From Octopus sinensis (Eukaryota), in assembly GCF_006345805.1 (NCBI RefSeq), contig NC_043001.1, positions 79,732,001 through 79,796,000 of the forward strand: DNA of 64,000 nucleotides. The letters are read 5' to 3'. How positions within the stretch are numbered: position 1 is the first letter of the stretch; each line of letters opens with the position of its first letter. Position numbers and translations under genes: made by a program. Positions 56,173 through 64,000 of the stretch are shown piece after piece. The notes beneath the pieces are model-generated. The model made no database searches, was not told the DNA's origin, and worked only from the letters and a program-made list of their open reading frames with translations.

Positions 56173-56497
56173 AGGTGAGGGCGCGTGGCTTAGTGGTTAG
56201 GGCATTCGGCTCATGATCGTAAGGTTGTGAGTTCGATTCCCGGCGACGCGTTGTGTCCTTGAGCAAGACACTTTATTTCAGGTTGCTCCAGTCCACTCAG
56301 CTGGCAAAAATGAGTTGTACTTGTATTTCAAAGGGTCAGCCTTGTCACTCTCTGTGTCACGCTGATTATCCCCGAGAACTACGTTAAGGGTACACGTGTC
56401 TGTGGAATGCTCAGCCATTTGCACGTTAATTTCACGAGCAAGCTGTTCCGTTGATCGTATCAGCTGGGACCCTCGTCGTCGTAACCGGCGGAGTCAA
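56173..56497 (+). mobile_element. tRNA-derived SINE (family C)
   Basis: GGCGCGTGGCTTAGTGGTTAGGGC (A box), GAGTTCGATTCCC (B box), followed by an A-rich end. Confidence 0.9.
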
Positions 56498-56796
56498 GAA
56501 AAAAAAAATATATACATATAGGTATATATAAAGATGAGAATGCGTGTCTGTCTTTGTGTGCTTGTGAATCCCTAACACTCGAAAACTACACAACCGATTT
56601 TATACAAAATTTACACATGCCTTACATAGGGTCCATACAGTGTCATGCGCCAAAGACTTTTCAGTTTCTTGCGTAATGCGAGCCAAGAGCAATCTCTTAT
56701 CTCTTACACTATTTCAGTATTACGTCTCTATTGTAATGTGAGATAATACATTCAGTTTGAAAGAAGTCTGTCCTATATATATATATATAATATTAT

Positions 56797-56827
<31 letters not shown>

Positions 56828-57018
56828 TACATTATATATAAGGGCTTAGTAAAATAAATTACTTTGCCACATACTGAACTCATTAGAAATAGCAGCTAAA
56901 GAAATTTCTTTAGCTATTTCTAATACTTAAAGAAGATCTCTCTCAGATAGTGTTTGCCTAAACCAACTTACAAAGGTATGGGGGAAAAAACATTAAAAAA
57001 TCAAGTGCAAAGGTTATT

Positions 57019-57070
57019 TGAGAACGTACGTTTCTAGATTAGTCAAATCGACATTTCTTTCGTCAGCTCA
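57019..57070 (-). ncRNA. Type I hammerhead ribozyme motif
   Basis: Exact reverse complement of 57311-57362. Confidence 0.7.
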
Positions 57071-57310
57071 GAACTCCTTGATTCGGATTTGGGAACACTG
57101 AAAGTGGGAGCATACCCTTTCGGTTCTTATCACCTCTAGAATTCTGCTCGAACTAAAAGTGCTATCAAATTCAAATATGCAAGCGAAGAATTTCTGCTTG
57201 CATATTTGAATTTGATAGCACTTTTAGTTCGAGCAGAATTCTAGAGGTGATAAGAAGCCGAAAGGGTATGCTCCCACTTTCAGTGTTCCCAAATCCGAAT
57301 CAAGGAGTTC

Positions 57311-57362
57311 TGAGCTGACGAAAGAAATGTCGATTTGACTAATCTAGAAACGTACGTTCTCA
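57311..57362 (+). ncRNA. Type I hammerhead ribozyme motif
   Basis: UGAG-CUGACGA-AAGAAAUGUC-GAUUU-GACUAAUCUA-GAAA-CGUACG-UU-CUCA. Palindromic helix III, GUU cut site after 57358; helix II imperfect (AGA/UCU, GUC/GAC). Confidence 0.72.
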
Positions 57363-57921
57363 AATAACCTTTGCACTTGATTTTTTAATGTTTTTTCCCC
57401 CATACCTTTGTGAGTTGGTTTAGGCAAACACTATCTGAGAGAGATCTTCTTTAAGTATTAGAAATAGCTAAAGAAATTTCTTTAGCTGCTATTTCTAATG
57501 AGTTCAGTATGTGGCAAAGTAATTTATTTTAATTTATTTTACTAAGCCCTTATATATAATGTAATATTTTGAATTCGCCTAAAATGGTCCCTTTACATAC
57601 TGAATACTTGGTGAAATTGATTAATAATTAATTAATTTTACCCTCAATTGTTGAAAATATATATATATATATATACGTTATCTCGACAACCAGCTATATT
57701 TACTTGAAAGACACTGCCCTACACTTTCAATTTCAACAAAATTTACTAAGTGATGCATTACGAGAGTGACAATTTTTCAATAATGAATATAATGTTTTGC
57801 CGAATTAGTCGCATCTGTACTATAATAAAGAAAGCTGCTTATCATCTATAATTTGATAAAGCTATAATATTGTTTCACTTTCCTTCCTTCATGTTTAATT
57901 CTAATTTAATAACATTAGGAT

Positions 57922-58180
57922 TGTGGAGGCGCGTTGCTTAGTGGTTAGGGTGTCAGCATCATGATCGTAAGATTGTGGTTTCGATTCTTGGAGCGGGCGA
58001 CGCATTGTGTTCTTGAGCAAAACACTTCATTTCACGTTGATCCAGTCCACTGAGCGGGCAAAAATGAGTAACGCTGCGATGGACTGGCGTCCCATCCAGC
58101 TGGGGAACACATATGCCATTAAAACCGGGAAACCGGGCCCATGAGCCTGGCTATGTTTTAAAAGGGCGCATTTATTTTTT
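57922..58180 (+). mobile_element. tRNA-derived SINE (family C head, different tail)
   Basis: GGAGGCGCGTTGCTTAGTGGTTAGGG...GGTTTCGATTC...TTGAGCAAAACAC core. Confidence 0.85.
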
Positions 58181-59425
58181 AACATTACGATTATCTTATT
58201 TCAATTACATTTTAAATAAATGAATAATTTACATCCTAATGTGAATATTAGGCATTCGCAACTTTCCGTGTTTACGGCCATCACAGCAGAATGGTGTGTC
58301 AGTGTATATGTTCATTGACATAAAGAACGGCTGGAGGTGAAACTCTTGACAAAAACAATGAGGTAGCTGGTCCAAGGTATGTAACAATACATATTTACCG
58401 TCCAATTATCAGTTAATAATTATCACAGCAGCTGCAAGGTTGCAAGGTATTTACTGGTATATACTTACCCTTAAATTAACATTTAATACATGTGCTTAAT
58501 AAATATATATTAAAAAATATCGCTATAATTCTTGTGGCAGTGACCGTTAAAGTAGCAGGTCATACATGGGCTTGTATTTGGTTGATTTATATTGCATACG
58601 AAAATAAAACATACTACGTACATACAACTGTTTACAAAAATAGAGATTAGTGTACATTTTTTCTACGTTCATACGTTTTGATTTACTATATTGGAAAACA
58701 TATGTCACCAAAGAAAATAAGTAATCTCTCCAAAAACAAGTATAAAGCAAGGAGGATTGTGGAAAAACGAAGGCCGTTGGTCTGACCGTTGTCCGTGCAA
58801 CATCGATATTCCTCCCTGTGTTTGTGAAATCTTGTATCTCTGCCGTAAAGCTTCATTTCCACACACGCCAGCTTATTTTTATTCGTCCTTAGTCGAAAGA
58901 CACCTGTTGTTATGTTCTGTTATTATTTTTATTGTATTTGTGTAACATTGTCCGTTTTTTCCGTCCTTGTTTTTGTATACATTCGCTGCTTTCCTTGAAG
59001 GAATCTAAAGCTCTTAGTTTAGTTTTTCCTTGGGGCTGGCCAGATTGGAGCAATCTCAAGTATAATCAGCATTTTGCATCACCTAACTCTCCGGATCTTA
59101 GGTGATACACACAAGGCTTTCATCAGTCAGAGACCACATTACATAACAGCTACCCAAGGTGATTCGCAGTGAGAGTGAAACCGGAAACATGTGATTGGAA
59201 AGCAAACTCCTTACTACACATCCACGACTGCGCCTATATACAATATATATTGTGTATACGTATATGTTTCTACATACATACATATACACATATATATACA
59301 TATATATATATATATATTATATATATATATATAATATATATATATATATATTATATATATATATATATATATATTATATACACATATACATATATATATA
59401 TGTGTGTATATATTTCGTATATATA

Positions 59426-60843
59426 CAGTGGAAGCCAAAATGTTCAGAACGGCATTGTTTTCGCCAGAAAAGTAGATATAAGTTTTTATCAAAGTTGTTT
59501 TATATTCTATAATTTTCACAAACAATAAATACGATATTATTTGTTATTGCCTGAGATTTTGGTGTAATTTGAGAGGAAAATACAAAAGATATGGATGATT
59601 TAGGGATTTACTGCAAAACCCATGGCGGCTAAAATGATCAGAACGGTTGCTTTTACTCCGTGTTTTAGTATATTTAACCGGCGAACTCTAATGTTTTGAA
59701 TTTGTTTACGTGATGGTTCGTTTACTAAACATAAGTAAGAATATTTGCAGTGTACTTTGTTAATATAATGCCACTTACTCCGTTACCAATTCGTCAGCAG
59801 ATTATTAAGCTTCGAAGGAAGGATAATTTAAGTATTGGATCTATTGCAAAGATTGTTAACAAGTCAAAAAGTGTTGTTCACGGTATTCTTAAGGTCAATG
59901 ATGATTGTGGCTCGTGTGAAGCAAGAAAGTTTACAGGTAGGCCAAGAAAAACGACCAAGAGAGAAGATCGTTCTATGGTAAAGTTGGTTAAAAAGGACAA
60001 ATTTAAAACTGCTGCTGCTGTTTCTCGGAAAATGAGCATTGTATTGAAGAAAACTTTATCTCGAAAAACTGTGTCTCGTCGTTTAGTTCAACATAACCTA
60101 CAAGCAAGGGCACCTGTAGTGAAGCCACTGATCAGCTCCAAGAATAAAAAGTGTTGTCTTACCTTTGCAACCGAACATGTGTTGTGGTCTCAAGAAAAAT
60201 GACAAACGGTGCATTTATGTTATTTGTTATTTGGCTCAGATAGGAAAAGGTACGTTCGTAGAAAAGTAGGTGAAAAATTGTCGCCTAAATGCCTTAAGAC
60301 TAGTGTTAAATTCGGTGGAGGAAGTGTCATGGTTTGGGGGATGATATCTGGAGATGGTGTGGGCCCTTTGGCGCGATTACATGGAAAGGTAAATGCAGGA
60401 CTTTATAAACAACTTATAAAAGATCATGTCTTGCCTGTGCTGAGAAATTCAACTAAGCGACCACCCATATTCATGCAGGACAATGCACCAGCAAGAAATT
60501 GAAAATTTAATTTCCTCATGCAGTCGAAGATGTCAGAGTGTGATTGAAGCTAAAGGGCTTCACACTAAATATTAAATACTTCCAGTATTCTCAGTCATTT
60601 GTGATTATTTTGTTATTTTTTTCAACCGTTCTGATCATTTTGGCCGCTATGGGTTTTGCAGTAAATCATTAAATCATCCATAACTTTTGTATTATCCTCT
60701 CAAATTACATCAAAATATCAGATAATAACAATTAATATTGTATTTATTGTCTGTGAAAATTATAGAATATAAAACTACTTTGATAAAAACTTATACTTAC
60801 TTTTCTGACGAAAACAATGCCGTTCTGAACATTTTGGCCGCTG
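59426..60843 (+). mobile_element. Tc1-family DNA transposon, IR/DR type, internally deleted
   Basis: TA target duplication, TIRs of about 225 bp starting CAGTGG; outer AAAATGTTCAGAACGG and inner AAAATGATCAGAACGG repeats within each TIR. Confidence 0.95.
59768..60575 (+). pseudogene. Tc1 transposase pseudogene
   Basis: HTH region, GRPRK, KFGGGSVMVWG, FMQDNAP and C-terminal VIEAKGLHTKY. Stop at 60200-60202; SDE and SPDLNPIE segments missing. Confidence 0.92.
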
Positions 60844-60852
60844 TATATACGC

Positions 60853-63541
60853 ATATGCCCAACATTATCCTTCACTGAGCCAATGACGAAAGCTCCAACA
60901 AATTGGGGAAACATGGCAAGCAATGCCAGACATTATCCTCCTTGGTGACTTCAACTTCCCTAACATCATCTGGCCACATGGACACATACTAAAATGGGGA
61001 CAAAAGCTGAACAAATACAGGCAGCCAAACTGTTGGAAGTCACAGAGAAATATACCTCAAACAAATGATGACAGAAGCAACAAGAAATAATAATACGATC
61101 GACTTGGTTTTCACCACCAACGAGGACACGCTATTTGACCTTCACTCAACCCCAACAATCCTTTCAGACCACAATATTATTGAAATGCATTTACACATTG
61201 TAATGAGCCCATGCCACAACTCTTAAACAAAAAGGACATGCCAAAGCTATGCAGGTATGTTATCACCAGGCAAATTGGGAAACTATTAACAACCAGTTAC
61301 AAATCATTGACTGGGATCTCTACCTTACTGGGCCAGATAAACACAAGAAATTCTTAAACAAGATCGAAGAAATATGTGAAAAAAATGTTCCTCTAAAGAA
61401 AACCAAGTCCACAAAAAAACCTGTACCACGGGAGCGAAAGATCCTGATGGCAAAAGGTCAAGACTAAGAAACAAAACATCTAAGCTGACATCAAAACATG
61501 AATTACAGAAAGTCCTTGACCAAATATACAGATTAGAAGACAATCTAAAACAACACTATGATGAAGAACGTAGCAATGCAGAAAAGAAAGCCATAGAAAA
61601 CATCAAGAAAAATCCAAAATGTTTCTACAGTTTTGCAAAGAAATACTCGAACACCAAGTCAACAATAGGACCTCTCCAGAGACAAAATGGGGATGTAGTG
61701 AATAACCCTATTGAAATGGCAGAAATGTTGGGTCAACAGTATGAAGTGTCTTCAGTGAGCCATCTAAAACCATGAAGATCCATGACCAGGAAAATTCTTC
61801 AAGGATATCGACCATACTAAACCTACCCTATCCGACATTGATTTCAACCCAGAAGACATAGCAAGAGCCATAGACAAGCTCTCCATGCACTCGGCTGCGG
61901 AGCCTGACGGTTTCAATGCCATGATACTTAAAAACTGCAAGGCACAATTGTCCGAAACCCCTTTACATGATATGGAGGGAATCTATGGAGAATGGCACAA
62001 ATACCAAATACATATAAAGAAGCACACATAACTCCAATACATAAAGGGGATAGCAAATCAAAACCAAAGAACTACCGACCAATCTCACTGACATCACACA
62101 TTATCAAGGTCTTCGAAAGAATAGTTCGTGGGAAAATGGTTGAGTTCCTGGAATCCAACAATCTGATGAATTGCAACCAGCATGGATTCAGGTTAGGTAG
62201 ATCATGCCTTTCCCAACTACTGGCACACCATGACCAAATCCTAGAAAATCTAGAGAATGGATACAACACAGATGTTATCTACCTCGACTTTGCCAAGGCA
62301 TTTGACAAGGTAGATCATGGCATCCTGGGTCACAAACTTCGAAAGCTAGGAGTAGGAGGAAAAGTTGGTACATGGATAAACGAGTTCCTTACAAATAGAA
62401 CTCAAACAGTCACTGTGAATGGAACCCATTCAACACCATCACCTGTGACCAGCAGTGTTCCTCAGGGTACAGTACTCGGCCCAATCCTGTTTCTCATCCT
62501 CATCTGACATAGATGAAGATACAACCAGCAACGTCTCATCCTTTGCTGATGACACCAGGGTCATGAGACAATCAAAGACGAGGTGGATACAGAGGCTTAA
62601 AAAAGGACCTGACCACCATATATAAATGGCAGGAAACAAACAACATGTTGTTCAATGATAAGAAGTTGAACTAATTCGCTACGGAACAGATCAAGATCTG
62701 AAAAATACAACAAACTACAGAAACCCATCAGGACAACAAATAATGGAAAAACAGTATGTGAAGATTTAGGCATCCACATGGGAACCAACCTAAAATTCAG
62801 AGAACACCTTGACTCAGTCTGTCTTACTGCAAGAAAGTACAGCGGGTGGATCTTGCGCACCTTCAAATCAAGAGATACCTCAACAATGAAAACCCTCTGG
62901 AACAGTAGTATGATACTTCCGAGGATTGACTACTGTTCTCAGGTTGGTCACCAACAACAAAGGGCCAACTATCTAAGATAGAATCGCTCCAAAGAAATTT
63001 TACCTCATACTTCTCAGAAACGAGGGACCTGGACTATTGGCAAAGACTCAAAACCTTGAGGATGTACTCAATAGAAAGAAGATTTGAGCGATACCGAATT
63101 ATATACATTTGGAAAATGATAGAGCAGAAGGTGCCAAACTTTGGTATCAAAAACCTACCACTCACTGCGCCACGGAAGACGCTGCCAGCTGCCACCAATC
63201 AACAAAAAGGCTGGCAGGCAGCAAAAACCCTGCGAGAATCAAGTCTGTTGGTTCGAGGAGCACAACTGTTCAACTCCATTCCGGTACATGTCAGAAATCT
63301 ATCAGGATGCAGTGTGGAATCATTCAAATTGCAACTGGATAGATACTTAAGCACCATTAGAGATGAACCCCATCTCCCAGGATATACACAACGAGCACAA
63401 AGTGACTCAAACTCGCTCCTACACATGTCAAATTTAAGCAGAGAATACAACCTGGCAACCACACCAGACTCTGAGGGTGGAGTCTTCGACTTGGCCTGAG
63501 CATGGACTCAAACCCAAATGAAATGAAATGAAATGAAATAT
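60853..63541 (+). mobile_element. 5-prime truncated CR1-group LINE (AP endonuclease plus reverse transcriptase), frameshifted
   Basis: IILLGDFNFP and LSDH endonuclease motifs; NYRPISLTS, QHGFR, YLDFAKAFD, VPQG, FADD; last ORF ends at 63499; (GAAAT)n tail. Confidence 0.95.
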
Positions 63542-64000
63542 GCATCTACAAATTTTGATGGATGCAACGCAATTTCAAACAATACTATTGCTTGATTGTT
63601 CTCTTAAACATGAGTAGCATGGATGTGCTATTGTATATCCATCATGTTTTTGCAAAAATTTGGTACGACGGGTGCCTCTTGCAGCAGGTGTTCAGAGAGC
63701 TTATTTCCCATGCTAATACTCATTTCATCATGTAATTTATTATGGACTGATTTGTTTTAATCGGCTACGAGCTGCTATGTTACTCAATACATAATAGAGT
63801 TGTAAAAAAATCAAGAGATTCTGTGCCTGAAGCTTTCTAAACAACGTTATGAATTTGCCCCAAAATAGTTATCCTGCATAAATGGATTCAAGCAGAAGTC
63901 ACTAGTGTTAGACTTGTTTCTCTTCTCCGAGAGAGATGTTTAAACAAAGTCTCTCAGGCGGACTGCTCAACCATTATTGATTGATAAAGAAGAAAAGTAC

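Larger units (their letters stand above)
56824..57657 (+). mobile_element. Fold-back element family 3 with a hammerhead in each arm
   Basis: Near-perfect inverted arms 56824-57184 and 57196-57567, 11-nt spacer, tail 57568-57657, (TA)n on both sides. Confidence 0.88.

Noticed and set aside
63545-64000. Possible minus-strand retrotransposon remnant
   Set aside because: Could not recover diagnostic motifs by eye.

Overview
AT-rich, microsatellite-saturated animal DNA, intergenic or intronic. The SINE families and repeat content suggest a coleoid cephalopod, most likely Octopus (inference). No intact host gene is visible: almost all ORF-track entries are translated microsatellites, and the only candidate host exon is a short hydrophobic ORF running off the left edge. 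The window is a mosaic of tRNA-derived SINEs, decayed LINEs (two CR1-group, one RTE-like, two with restriction-like endonucleases), Tc1/mariner elements, non-autonomous Helitrons and MITEs. The most notable signal is a set of non-coding fold-back elements from three unrelated sequence families (7.6-8.3 kb; 37.0-38.1 kb with a duplicate at 39.0-40.2 kb; 56.8-57.7 kb). Each sits in a (TA)n tract, consists of arm / spacer / inverted arm / single-copy tail, and carries a minimal type I hammerhead ribozyme with a palindromic helix III in both arms, i.e. one per strand. A fourth fold-back (43.3-43.6 kb) has the same layout plus a 14-bp target-site duplication but no ribozyme. Several decayed hammerhead relics are scattered through the window. 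This resembles non-autonomous derivatives of Penelope-like element termini. All folds were done by eye; ends of degenerate repeats are approximate.
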